DNA of 63,673 nucleotides, counting the filler, from Octopus bimaculoides (lineage: Eukaryota): assembly GCF_001194135.2 (NCBI RefSeq). It is 7 parts of 6 records of this genome, joined end to end, with 100 filler letters (N's around TTAATTAATTAA, not from the genome) between each part and the next. Parts side by side here need not be neighbours in the genome. Positions count along the whole stretch, not along the records: positions 20,917 to 38,729 come from NC_068990.1; positions 38,830 to 44,073 come from NC_068998.1; positions 44,174 to 53,843 come from NC_068987.1; 4 more parts are not named here. The stretch is one strand, 5' to 3'. The position numbers and the translations under genes are program-made. Under the pieces are notes generated by a model. That model did no database searches, had not been told where the DNA came from, and saw nothing but the letters and a program-made list of their open reading frames with translations. Position 1 is the first letter of the stretch. The number at the start of each line of letters is the position of its first letter. Below are positions 37,015 through 49,602 of this stretch, piece after piece.

Positions 37015-38500
37015 AACTAACCATTAAGCTGGGGAGGCAAATGTTTAACTGCGTCTGCCCTCAACAAGTCATAACAACTTCCATTTTTATCAATAATTTG
37101 CCCTAAGAATTTGATTTTTGGCAAATGGAGCTCACATTTCGCCTCACATAGAGTGAACTCGTAGCCCCTTATATTTTCAAACACAGTTTTTATATGCTCA
37201 ACATGCTGATCACGCGAATTACTTTTAATCAATATGTCATTCAGGTTTGGAATTGCGAATTGACAGTCCGTATCCATAACTTGTTGAAATATTACAGGTG
37301 CGACATTCAGACCAAACGGCAATCTATTATATTTGTACGATCCTTTGTGTGTATTTACTGTTAGAAGTTCTGAGCATTCCACGTCAGCTTTTATTTGCAG
37401 ATACGTCTCAGACAAATCCAATTGCGAGAATATTTTCCCACCATTACATTTTGCAACAATATCCTCTGGAGTAGGAAGTGGATAGTGACATGTCTTTAAA
37501 CCGTCATTCAGACCAGTAGAAAAATCGGTACTCAGCCTAATTTTGTCTTTTGTTGTCTTTTTTTACATACACACGGTAAGTGCTGCCCATTTAGAGTAAT
37601 CCACGTTTTAAATAATCTCACATTTTTCTAGTCTGTCTAACTCTTCATCTACGTTTTTTTATTGCAGCGAACAGTACTTTTCTATTGGATATGAATACTG
37701 GCACAAAGTTTTCCTTTAATTGTAAACACGCTTCAGTCTTTTTACATAGACCTAACTCATCCGACAGTAATTGAGGAAACATTTGTTTTAATTTTCTCTT
37801 CAATTCCTCAGACGGCTTATTTTTAGAGGGACAACCAATTATGTTTTTGCAATAGAGACCTAGGGGGAGATCCCATGAATTAAATAACTCCAACCTGCTG
37901 GTACCAAACAGATTGGATGCGTTCTTTACGACGAAATCTTTCGCTTTGCAAGTTTTTCCTCGAAATGTGGCATCATAGAGTATAGTGTATCACCTGTCAC
38001 GCCACGTGCAGTTTTCGCTGTTTTTCTTAACATAAGTTTCCCTGTTTTCTTCCCTGTGTCGGTGTTAATAATTGAAATGTCACAATCAGTATCCAGTTGT
38101 AAATTTATATTTATTCTGTTTATTTATACGTGTTCAAATTTCCTTATTTGGGAATCGATTATACTTTCAGCTGAGAGCACTTTAGATTTTTTTACATTTG
38201 ACTTTCGTACTTTTGTTTTACATTGAGAACTATTGAGTCCAAATTTTCGACAACTGTAACATTTTTGGTTTTTGAAAGGAAAATCTTTTCTGAAATGTAG
38301 GCCTCCACATCTGTAACATGGATTAGGACCTAGCAATCCTCTTTGGTTATACTTTCTCATATTTGTATTTTTACTAAATCCTTTTCTGTCGAAAGACACC
38401 TGTTGTTATGTCCTGTTCTTTGTATTTGTGTAACTTTCTCCGTTTTTTTCCGTCCTTGTTTTTGTATACATTCGCTGCTTTCTTCTGAGGAATCTAATGC
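37015..38500 (-). mobile_element. Third Gypsy remnant of the same family (gag knuckle, PR, RT)
   Basis: NPCYRCGGLHFRKDFPFKNQKCYSC, NLQLDTDCDI, DLSETYLQI...YNRLPFGL and catalytic motif decayed to NLND. No LTR pair found. Confidence 0.9.
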
Positions 38501-38829
38501 ACTTAGCTTAGTTTTTCCTTGGGGCTGGCCAGATTGGAGCAATCTCGAGTATAACCAGCCGAAATTGCAAAGATAATCTGGAACTCGACTGAGGAAAGAA
38601 ATTGCCGAATGGCCCGTCCTTGTTTTCTTTGTATCGTCTATCTGGATGTTTTGTTGTCCCTTTTTTGTATCACCTGTCTGGATGTTTTGCGTTCTTGTCC
38701 CATTTTATATTATATATATATATATATATNNNNNNNNNNNNNNNNNNNNNNNNNNNNNNNNNNNNNNNNNNNNTTAATTAATTAANNNNNNNNNNNNNNN
38801 NNNNNNNNNNNNNNNNNNNNNNNNNNNNN

Positions 38830-38880
<51 letters not shown>

Positions 38881-38903
38881 AAATATATATATATACACAC
38901 ACA

Positions 38904-39653
38904 CAGAGTGCAGGGAATAAATTGTTGTCAAATTATGCAAAAATGAAAATAACACTGACATTTCATTTTAAGAGATATATTCACCAAAATTACATAAAAA
39001 TATCTTGAAATACGAATGAGAAGATTTATTCAATAAAATCGCCACAGCCTCCTGACATAGGATCTTCCAGCAGCAACCATGTAGACTCGGGACAGCACTA
39101 CCCCTTCTAGGCAATTGATGTAGGCCTCCGTGTTCAACATGAGGCCATGTGGGAAGATGAATGGAGGCCCTTTCTTATCTTGTATCTGGAATACCGAATG
39201 TATTCATGCACTACTCGCCTGATAAGTAACTCAGACACCCCCATGTCCTTGGCGATAGACCTCATTGACTTGGAGGGATCACTGTCAATCATAGCCTGGA
39301 TCTCACCAACAAATTCACGAGTTCTTTTCATATCAGAACGACTAGACTGACTTTTCCGAGCTGCCGTACGTTAATATTCTCCATTAGACTCATCCAACTC
39401 TTTCTGAATTCTCTGCACTGTCCTCAGATTGACACCTATTCACTCTGAAATGTTCGTATTGGAGCTTCCGGCGCGAATACCAAGCAGGACAGCATGTCAT
39501 TTCCAATTTTCTGGCTGCGTGAACTGCATCGTGGTGCTGTTTTTTTTTTCTCACAGACGGTGCCCAAATGATAGTCGACAAAATCAAAAACAAGCAAAGT
39601 GCATGCGCGAAATTAAAAATATAGCATGGTGACAATTTACCCATCGTACCCTG
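38904..39653 (-). mobile_element. Internally deleted Tc1/mariner (maT-like) transposon
   Basis: HTH EFVGEIQAMIDSDPSKSMRSIAKDMGVSE joined to PPFIFPHGLMLNTEAYINCLE; imperfect TIRs CAGAGTG..TAAATTGT / ACAATTTA..ACCCTG. Confidence 0.8.
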
Positions 39654-39667
39654 TGCGCACACGCACG

Positions 39668-39703
<36 letters not shown>

Positions 39704-39756
39704 TATATATATATATATATGTATACATATATATTTATTTATTTGTTTATTTATTT

Positions 39757-39757
<1 letters not shown>

Positions 39758-39806
<49 letters not shown>
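39758..39806. repeat. (TAGA)n microsatellite
   Basis: Seen directly. Confidence 0.95.
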
Positions 39807-39807
<1 letters not shown>

Positions 39808-40082
39808 TACAGTCAATTCGAGGATGTCAAGTCCTCATTGGGGATTAAATAATCGAAAAATTTCACTGTTTAATCACTATCATATAAGGAGAATGTCTCA
39901 ATGATATGTTAGGTATTATTATAATAATACATATTGGTATAGTAATATATATAGTAATACATATAATAATACATATTGTAACACATAATGGAGAATTATA
40001 AATGTATAATTAAACTTCTTGAACTTCTTAGTACTTCGCCTGCATCCTTTCAAGAAATATGTGAACCTTTGTTGTATAAGCT

Positions 40083-40213
40083 CATAAGCCCTGATGAGAT
40101 TCTACCTCACATAGTTGAAACTGATGATAAAGTCTTAATATTTAACTCTACCCAAATGATTCGAATTGCGAATTACCTAGGGTCATGAATCGAAACATAT
40201 ATGTAGGTTTTTG
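40083..40213 (+). ncRNA. Type I hammerhead ribozyme candidate, canonical core, PLE-type palindromic stem III, 84-nt loop II
   Basis: Stem I CATAAGCC (40083-90) / GGTTTTTG (40206-13), 7/8 pairs; CTGATGA 40091-97; stem II GATTC (40098-102) / GAATC (40187-91); GAAA 40192-95; palindrome ACATATATGT 40195-204; GTA triplet 40203-05. Confidence 0.75.
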
Positions 40214-42450
40214 GCATCAGCCATTTCTTTTTTTTAATTTTTTGCTGAGCTTTATAATTTATAATTTGTTTGTATTGTTTTTTTTATAAAAAAAACTTTC
40301 AGCCTCATAATATCATACAAATAGATTAATTATATGTCCATAATTCTCCATTTTCTTTCTTTCATTATTAACTATATATATATCGTGGTGATTGTGTAGT
40401 GTATATTAGCGTGTAGTTTCTTTTGAATTGATTTAAATATTTATTTTTGAAATGAAACACACCTTGAAATGGAATATTACTCACGCATTTCATGTGATTA
40501 TAATCCATTAATATTCAACAACACCCTCATAACCTATTTTCAGTTTACATTCTTTTGATATAAATTTTGTTTTCACATGGTTTTCCACCGAAATTTTCAA
40601 TTTTCATTATATCTCTCCATTATTAAAAATATTTTGTTTTTATTTATTTTTCTCTGCGAGCCAGTTTCTCTTTTAATTATGATAAATTTTAACTCTTTGT
40701 AGTATTTTCTTGTTTGTTTCGCAATAGATTTTGTAAATGTTAACACGCGTTTCAACGATTCTGGCGTCGGGTTTTGACAATACGCACTGCATTTGATAAA
40801 TCAATGGACGTCGTTTCGCACAAACTGAAAACCATAAACTATAACCTAATCTTTAGGTAGAATTAATGTGTCATTATATCGGTGATTACTAGAGTTAAAA
40901 TTTGAATTAAAGTATATATCATTCCAGTAAACATTCTACTGTGTACAGTTTTACCTGACGCGTGATAGAATCAGTGCTGGTCATTATTATTGCGAAGAGG
41001 ACATCTTAACTATGCAGGTATGCCTGAACACACATACGAGTTCGGATGGGCTCATACATGTAGACATACACAACAATCAAATATAGAACTCGTATATGTA
41101 TTATAGTCATCTCATGTTACTCAAAATTATTGATAGCAATTAAGGTACCCGAAAGTTTAGAATGTGTAATACTTGCAATATTCATGCTTTCATCCCTCTT
41201 ACATTCTGAACACAAATGTTACCCGGTTTCTACCTTAATTCCATATACCCAGGATAAGTCTGCGTGATGTTTACAGTCGTTTCAGAGGAACGTTTCTTTC
41301 GAGCGAGTCGATTTGGCGGCTCGATTTTGCTTAACATTTGAATTACATTTCATTCAAGTATGTAATTAACGCGCTGAGAAACATCACAACATTCTTTTTC
41401 TTGTATAAATAGTAATATTTTATTCACCAAAACAAATCGATATTCTGGTTACAACATGCTAGTTGTATTGCTACAAGTGACAACAACTATACCCAAATTT
41501 TCATATATATATTATAAAATTCATAAGCATTAAACGAAGAATTTATTTTGAAACGTTATCTGCTATTTAAAATTTAGCATCCGTTTATTATAAAATTTCA
41601 ACATATAAAACATAATGCCCTATCCCAACTCTGTTTCCCTCTGCCTCTGCATTATCATACTGATATGACAAAGACACAACTCAACTGCGACATAAGAATA
41701 AGAGCGAAAAAGGTTTAGACTGTTAGATTATATAGACAATTTGGTTAGTGCAAGACTGAGAGTTTGGATGTCAACGGTTTGTGTGTAATGCAGAGAACAG
41801 ACCAGTTTCTTAAAAAATAGAAATGGTGTGAAAAAAACAGTAAATCAGGGGAAAAAGAGCGGGTTTGTAGAAATAGAGCTTTACAACAGATGGGAGGTTA
41901 TAGAGGTAATGTGAGAAAATAAAGGCATAGTGAATGGGAAAACTATAGACCGAACAACTGAAACAAAAAGAAAAGCGAAAGGGTGCGAGAGGGAGAATTT
42001 GTGTATGGTCTGGAAATCGGGTATGTTGCAAAATGAAGTGAACACGTAAGGGCAGAATATCATTTAGATAAAATTTACAAGACCCAAAGAGAACAAAGAA
42101 TAAAATAATGTATGCTCGTGGAATGAGGTGAATACCACTGGAGATGAGTTGAAGGTGAGTAACAATAATTGAATAAATAATAAAAGAAACACAAGAAGGA
42201 AATGTAAAATGTATCAGGGCTTGAATTTATATTATTAAAAGGTAAAAATTTACCGCATCATTTTTGACGGATACCACTCTATTTAATATATATATATATA
42301 TAAACAAACTAACATTTGTATTTTATAAATACTGAAATGTATATTGTAAGATCCAAATAAGAATTTATTTTCGAACTTAGAGACGCCGTTATAACAGCAA
42401 AAATATTGGGTAAATTACCCTTACAAAGTTGAAAAATTTGTCAACAAACA

Positions 42451-42521
42451 GTCATGGGACTCGAACCAACATCCCTTCAAGATTGCGCCCAAGTGCTTTA
42501 CGATTAAACTAAACTGCTCAC
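42451..42521 (-). pseudogene. Decayed tRNA-like sequence (tRNA pseudogene or SINE head)
   Basis: Acceptor-like AGCAGT/ACTGTT, D-arm-like GTTT..AAGC and T-loop GGTTCGAGTCC; the anticodon stem does not pair. Confidence 0.35.
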
Positions 42522-42954
42522 TGACAAATAACAAATTCTAAGTGTGCAGTTTAGAAGGATTACACAAAAATTTGGGAATGAAGTTAACGATATCTTTAAA
42601 TTTAAATAAATTCATTTTAATTATAAAATTAGCAAATTAATAACAGATTTATATCTCATTACTAACAATATTAACAATAATAATTGGAGTTGTAAAACTA
42701 GCAATATTAGGGAGAGGAAGATAATAACAGTAAAAAAACACACCTAAGGTAACCTGATACTAAGCATTAATATTACCATTCACCATTAAAGGATGGTCTA
42801 TACCTACAGAATACTAAAATTCCTTCGATAGCTAATCAATCTGTTTTTAACCAGCAGATTTCACGAGGTCAGGATCTATTGTACTTTTGGAACAATGGCA
42901 ACACCACGTATATTTCGGCTGGATTTGTATTTAATTTAGATTCTGTCCGAACAA

Positions 42955-43050
42955 TGCAGTTGACTGAAGAAGTGGCAACAAACAGTAAATGCACACAAAG
43001 ATGCACATTTTGCAGTGTGCATTAGTTGCTGAAGAAACATGTGTAGGTGC
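42955..43050 (+). ncRNA. Degenerate hammerhead-like motif with long stem II
   Basis: CTGAAGA 42964-70; GGCAAC/GTTGCT and AATGCACAC/GTGTGCATT helices; GAAAC-ATGT-GTA 43034-45. The stem II base and stem I are broken. Confidence 0.35.
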
Positions 43051-43212
43051 AGAAAGGAAAAGAAGTAATTAACTTCAGATAAAAACAGGATATAAATTTC
43101 TTTTCTCATTATATTCTCTACCGAAAACATAGTCTCTATAGAGACATATGGATTTACCGATTTGAAGATACACTGATAATATACGGTAGAAGCGACCTCG
43201 GTACCCACTTGG

Positions 43213-43269
<57 letters not shown>

Positions 43270-44173
43270 GGTTGAGCGTATGTGAATGTGTGCGTGAGTC
43301 AATATATACGCATATCATTTGTTAATGTATATATAATTATTGGGCCGAAATCTGTACTGAGTAGTCGGTGCTTTTCAGCGAAGTTTCTTGTGATATCCGT
43401 TTATCTTTTGAAGCACGAAAACCCTTTGCAGTCCTTCACTTCATAAACTAGGTATGTTGTATCCATGTAGATAAAGCTATCGTATAAAAAATGTGACATA
43501 AAACTAAATAAAATCATAATATTTTAAAACCTAAAAACACAAATGAGTTTAAATTCTTCATGTCTACAAAGTAGCTGCAAGTGTCCAGTGTGCCACTGAC
43601 GGAATTCGTTATTACAATAGCTGCGGAAGAAGGTAACGGCAAACAACACGAAGCTAGAATTATATTGAAAGACAGAACACGAAAACTGTATCTGTACGTT
43701 AAAGTCTCGGTATGTTAAATTTATGTATACATGGAAAATATATGTAAACAGTATAGATTGGTTATTTTGAAAGTTCCGATAACAGTGAATATCTATTAGA
43801 TGACGAAGTTTTTCTGTTGTTATTTTGGTAGTTAACACAGCTTTCAGGTTTTATGGCATTGGCAGTATTTGTAGTTTACTAACAGGATAATTAGTTTTTG
43901 TGACTTCCATAGCAAAACAACACATTGAAGTAACACACGCGCCCGAGCTCATTCACACACACTCCCAAACCCTTAGGCACACTCATGTATATATGTATGT
44001 AAATGTGTATATATGTATATATATGTATACATGCACACAAATGCATATATATACATATATATATATATATATANNNNNNNNNNNNNNNNNNNNNNNNNNN
44101 NNNNNNNNNNNNNNNNNTTAATTAATTAANNNNNNNNNNNNNNNNNNNNNNNNNNNNNNNNNNNNNNNNNNNN

Positions 44174-44233
<60 letters not shown>

Positions 44234-44272
44234 TGTATATATAATCAAAGTAAGCAACAAGGATATTCAGAG

Positions 44273-44303
<31 letters not shown>

Positions 44304-44310
44304 CGTGTGT

Positions 44311-44632
44311 AGGCGCAGGCATGACTATGTGGTAAGAAACTTGCTTCACAACCACGCGGTTCCGAGTTCAGTTCTATTCCATGACACCTTGGACAAGTGT
44401 CTTCTACTATTACCTGTGTGTGTCTGCGTTTGTCTAGCCCACCATCGCTTGACAATCGATGCTGGTGTGTTTCTGTCCCCCGTAAACTAGCGGTTCGGCA
44501 AAAGTGACCGATAAAATAAGTACTAGGCTTACAAAGAATAAGTCCTAGGTCGATTTCATCGACTAACACTTTTTAAGGTGGTGCTCCAGCATGGCCGCAG
44601 TCAAATGATTGAAACAAGTAAAAGAATAAAAG
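44311..44632 (+). mobile_element. tRNA-derived SINE, family B
   Basis: Head ..TGTGGTAAGAA.CTTGCTT..CAACCAC, core CACCTTGGACAAGTGTCTTCT, tail GGTGCTCCAGCATGGCCGCAGTCAAATGA.TGAAACAAGTAAAAGAATAAAAG. Confidence 0.9.
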
Positions 44633-45257
44633 GATATGTATGTGTGTGTGTGTGTGTCNNNNNNNNNNATGATTGAAACAAGTAAAAGAATAAAAGGATA
44701 TGTATGTGTGTGTGTGTGTGTCTATACAAGAACTTTAATTAAATTGCTAATAGCACTCTATACTCTATAATTTTAGTGGATTACGTTGGTCAACATTAAA
44801 CTTCAATGACAAAATACATACTTCATTGTATTTGCTGAATAAATTATAAGGGAATCCATTAAGTAGACAAGCTACATCGTAAACTCCTAGTTGGAAAAAT
44901 TATCATGTACAAAATCCTAAAATTATTGAGGAAAATCACTTACCGTAACCATTTGCATTAACAAACAATGATGTATTTCGTGTTTAAATATTTAATGTAA
45001 TGATATTTAAAAGCTAAATGAATATAATTTGTACGGTGAGGAAATGACATCATTAATTCAACGACTGATTAGGCCTCGATTGAATGTTGTCTTTAAATCA
45101 TTGCATGATTTACTTTTAACTTTTTCATGTCCATTCATTAAATGTTAACATTAACTTAACTATGTTGATGGCATGTCTAAGTAATTTTCCTCAAGATTTT
45201 TATTGTTTTTTTAATAAGATGACTGTTTTTACATCTACCAATGTACAATATTCTTTT

Positions 45258-45558
45258 TCTTTTATTCCTTTACTTGTTTCAGTCATTTGACTGTGGCCAT
45301 GCTGGAGTACCGCCTTTTTAGTCGAGCTAATCGACCCCAGGACTTATTCTTTGTAAGCCTAGTACTTATTCTATCGGTCTCTTTAGCCGAACCGCTAAGT
45401 TACGGGGACGTANNNNNNNNNNNNNNNNNNNNNNNNNNNNNNNNNNNNNNNNNNNNNNNNNNNNNNNNNNNNNNNNNNNNNNNNNNNNNNNNNNNNNNNN
45501 NNNNNNNNNNNNNNNNNNNNNNNNNNNNNNNNNNNNNNNNNNNNNNNNNNNNNNNNNN

Positions 45559-45595
<37 letters not shown>

Positions 45596-45761
45596 TACGA
45601 CGGGCTTCTTTCAGTTTCCGTCTACCAAATCCACTCACAAGGCTTTGGTCGGCCCGAGGCTATAGTAGAGGACACTTGCCCAAGGTGCCACGCAGTAAAA
45701 CTGAACCCGGGACCATGTGGTTGGTAAGCAAGCTACTTACCACACAGCCACTCCTACGCCT
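45258..45761 (-). mobile_element. SINE family B spanning an N gap
   Basis: Reverse complement of family B; the internal microsatellite coincides with gap 45413-45558. Confidence 0.9.
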
Positions 45762-46459
45762 ATATATTATACATCTACTTAAATTATTCTCTCATTACTA
45801 CTTCAGAAATTACGGTGCGAATCTCTGACTAGATGGCGGAGTTTAATAAATCCAGAACATATCCGGAGTTGTCTCCTGCCTTTGTCGACATTATTAAAAT
45901 ATGATCAGTCATTGAGCTATGCTGTATTTTTCACGTCACAAGACTATTTTTGGGACCTTTTACGTGCTTACTAGCCAATCAGATGTATTTCGATCATTCT
46001 AGATAAAAACAGCCAGTTGACACGCCACAGCGAATTATTTTTTCGGTTCAACTCTAATAGCAGGATTTACATACGAATGTTTTGCAACCTTTTGAGACGT
46101 CACAAGCTGTAACTAAGATTGCTTCAAGATGATTTTACAATGACAGTAATTAGCTAAGAAACATTTAATTAATGAAAATCTAAACGAAAATTTTTCCAAG
46201 AAAACTATTCGTGTTATTAGTTAAATTATATGACCTTAAGGTCAAGTGAAAATGTAAGTTTGATTATAAATATTGTGTGTATCCTTATTACATTTCATTG
46301 CTTTATAAATTACAACGTGGCAAAAAAGTGCGTCGAACTAAAAGTAGGAAATATGACGTAGTATTTGAGAGGAAAATTAATTCAAATGCACAAATGGTGG
46401 TGGTGATGGTGCTGCTGCAGCTGGTGAAGGTAATTAAATCTGCATTACTTTTTATTGTT

Positions 46460-46545
46460 GAAGGCGCGTAGCTGAGTGGTTAAGATATTTGGCTTACGAT
46501 CGTAGGGTTGTGAGTTCAATTCCAGGTGATGTGTTGTTTGCCTGG
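46460..46545 (+). mobile_element. SINE family C-type tRNA-like head, truncated
   Basis: GAAGGCGCGTAGCTGAGTGGTTAAG...GAGTTCAATTCC. Confidence 0.6.
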
Positions 46546-46547
46546 GG

Positions 46548-46736
46548 CTAAACATAGAGGGGACAAACAAGGACAGACAAAGGGATTAAGTCGATTACAT
46601 CGACCGCAGTGCGTAACTGGTACTAAATTTATCGACCCCGAGAGGATGAAAGGCAAAGTCGACCTCGGCGGAATTTGAACTCAGAATGTAACAGCAGACG
46701 AAATACCGCTAAGCATTTCTGCCAGCTCGCCTCCTT
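46548..46736 (-). mobile_element. SINE family A
   Basis: GGATGAAAGGCAAAGTCGACCTCGGCGGAATTTGAACTCAG, an intact body. Confidence 0.9.
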
Positions 46737-47347
46737 CTGAGTATCCAACATTGATTCCTAGGGCTCAAGAGGAATCAGAGAAAAAAAAACATCGAGCAGA
46801 TGTATGATGTTCCGGCCATGACAATACTGTCTTTTTTTATACCTAACCTGTGTTGTGTCCCGAAGCTGTCCTTGATTTTTAACGAGGTTGGGTCTGATCT
46901 GAGAGGGACTTGGCAATGTTACTACTACATAGCAGACCTAAGCTATTTGATTCGAATGTAAAGAGAATTTTATATCCTCATGCTTTTCATAGCTCTGAGC
47001 AGATATTAAATCATTTCTTTAAAGATTTTCCTATTTTTACAGTCTTCTCTATCGAATTCTCTCATTTGCAGAAAGTTCTAAGACTTCCTATTGAAATAAA
47101 TTTCTTATTGAGTAATACGGTGAAATAAAAGCATTATCAGAATCTGGTCAATAGTGTTTAAGATTTTGTCATTTAAGTGTTTGAGTTGAATAGAATGGAA
47201 TAGATTTTAGTTTTCGTATATACTTCATTGTTTTTTTCTTCTGTCCACCAAGTATTTTGTCTCCACCAACAAAGTTTAAACAGGTAGGTTTTCATCATGA
47301 CACACAGACAAGACGAGTTTGAAATTATTTAATGTTCGTTGATTTTT

Positions 47348-47840
47348 AGGTGTTGAGTTGGCAGAGTTGTTAGATCGTGATAAAAATATTTTGTGAAATT
47401 TCTTCTGACTCTCTACGTTTTGAGTTCAAATTGTACGGAGGTCGGATTCGCTTTTCTTCCTTTCGAGGTCGATAAAAATAAGTACTAGCTAAGCTAAAAA
47501 AAAGAAAGGTTTCTTCCCGAGTCATATAGATTCATAAGACCGGTTTCTCGGATTCTGTGTTATGTATTCCCCTTTTGGACGGGATGCCGGTCCTCCGCAG
47601 GATTACTCATTTTTGCCAGCTGAATGTACTGGAGAAACGTGAAAACGAATTGACTTGCTCAAGAACACAATACATCGCCCGGTCCAGGAATCGAAATCAC
47701 AATTTTACCATCATGAGTCCAGCACTCTTAACCACTAAGCCGTTCGCTTTTGCAGTCATTACCAGTTGAACCCTGGGGCCAATGTAATCGATTACATCTT
47801 CCTCCAAAGTTTCAGACCCTATACCTAAAGTAGAAATAGT
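47348..47840 (+). mobile_element. Older SINE family A split by a family C insertion
   Basis: The left part ends AATAAGTACTAGCT (47490); the remainder TACCAGTTGAACCCTGGGG resumes at 47760. Confidence 0.75.
47510..47750 (-). mobile_element. SINE family C nested in SINE A
   Basis: GACGGGATGCCGGTC...ACTCATTTTTGCCAGCTG...GGAATCGAAATC...ACCACTAAGCC matches 49338-49602. Confidence 0.85.
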
Positions 47841-48183
47841 TTTCCCTAAAGATTCCTCTTTTTAGTCTTACTAGATTGTTTTCTCTTTATCTTGAGGTAG
47901 CATAATCCATTACGGATTACGCTTTATGGAAATATATAATGAATGATTACGGTAAGTATCCATGTAATGGGGTAACGTATCCATATAAAGGGGGCATTTT
48001 GTCCATATAAACGGGGCGACAGTCATATCTGAGATCCTAGCAGTTTACCAAAATATTAATTCGACATTATCCACTTATATTTTTGACGGTAAGCCTTTCT
48101 CTCAGTCATTTACCGTCGCATGCTTGTTGTTGCTGAAAAACAATGCATGAAAGCTAAATCACAAAGGTATGCAATAATGTGTA

Positions 48184-48237
<54 letters not shown>

Positions 48238-48402
48238 ATTTGTTTTGCAAGATTCCTGATGTCAAATCGTCTGCTGAAACAGATATTGTTCTATTTCGGG
48301 ATAGTCATTTTTTGTTGTTTTGCCGAAAATCACACGCGTGTGTTTATTTGGCAAAAAAAAATGACCATCCCGAAATACAACAATATATATATACATATAT
48401 AT

Positions 48403-48700
48403 AGGAGTGGTTGTGTGGTAAGCAGCTTGCTTACCAACCACATGGTTCCGGGTTCTGTCCCACTTCGTGGCACCTTGGGCAAGTGTCTTCTACTATAGTC
48501 TCGGGCCGACCAAAGCCTTCTGAGTGGATTTGGTAGACGGAAACTGGANNNNNNNNNNTGGTGTGTTTACGTTCCCGTAACTTAGCGGCGAACTAGGCTT
48601 AAAAAGAATAAGTCCTGGGGTCGATTTGCTCGACTAAAGGCGGTACCCCAGGATGGCCGCAGTCAAATGACTGAAACAAGTAAAAGAATAAAAGAAAAGA
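48403..48700 (+). mobile_element. SINE family B
   Basis: AGGAGTGGTTGTGTGGTAAG head, GGCACCTTGGGCAAGTGTCTTCT core and family B tail. Confidence 0.9.
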
Positions 48701-49337
48701 AAAAAAATTATATATATATATATATATATATAACTGATTAGTTTTAATCGGCTTAGAGTTGCACTTTCTTTGGGTTTACATGATTTTTCTTTCTGCATCT
48801 TTAGCCATAGCTCTATATTAGATCTAATTCCAATATTAATAGACTATAACGTTTCGTAATAACTTTAAAAAACAGATCATGGTTTGAACCGACAGCTGTC
48901 TTCATGTTGCTTGTGTGCGTGCTATTGCCCTTGGTGTGACTTTTGGGTATTTCTTCATATTATTATGTTGTGACTTTCAAGTAATTTATGGAACAAATAT
49001 TAAACACATGTCCCGGGGTATCTGAAGCTGTTTTCATCGAATCTGTCACGCACAACTTCCAACATTTTATTATGTCATTAGCCATTTTCTAAAGCAGCTA
49101 TGAAATCTATTCAGTTGGGAGAACATCTTGCTACAAAACAACCCGAAAAGAAGGACCAGTACATTGAGTATTATCAAAATATAAGGTTTAAAAATATTTT
49201 TACGATAACTTCATCACTTTAAAAAGTGAAAATCAATTTAGACATTATCCTCGTTTATCATGAGAGTTTGTTGCCAAAAATATATAAACAAATCAGCGAT
49301 ATATGAAGAATTTTCATGCACTTTGTAAATGGAGCGT

Positions 49338-49602
49338 GTTAATAATTAGTTTAATGCGCCCTTTTAAAGCCTAGCCAGGCTCATGGGCCTGGTTTCCCGG
49401 TTTTAATGGCGTATGTTTTCCCTAGCTGGACGGGACGCCAGTCCATGGCAGCGTTACTCATTTTTGCTAGCTGAATGGACTGGAGCAACGTGAAATGAAG
49501 TGTTTTGCTCAAGAACACAACGCGTCACCCAGTCTAGGAATCGAAACCACAATCTTACGATCGTGATGCTGACACCCTAACCACTAAGCCACGCGCCTCC
49601 AC
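49338..49602 (-). mobile_element. tRNA-derived SINE, family C, intact with 11-bp TSD
   Basis: AAATGGAGCGT at 49327-49337 and 49603-49613; head GGAGGCGCGTGGCTTAGTGGTTAGG, B box GGTTTCGATTCC and ACTGGCGTCCCGTCCAG segment. Confidence 0.92.

Noticed and set aside
44605-44722. 54-bp direct repeat of a SINE tail
   Set aside because: The two copies flank a 10-N gap and are identical, so this is most likely unmerged contig overlap.
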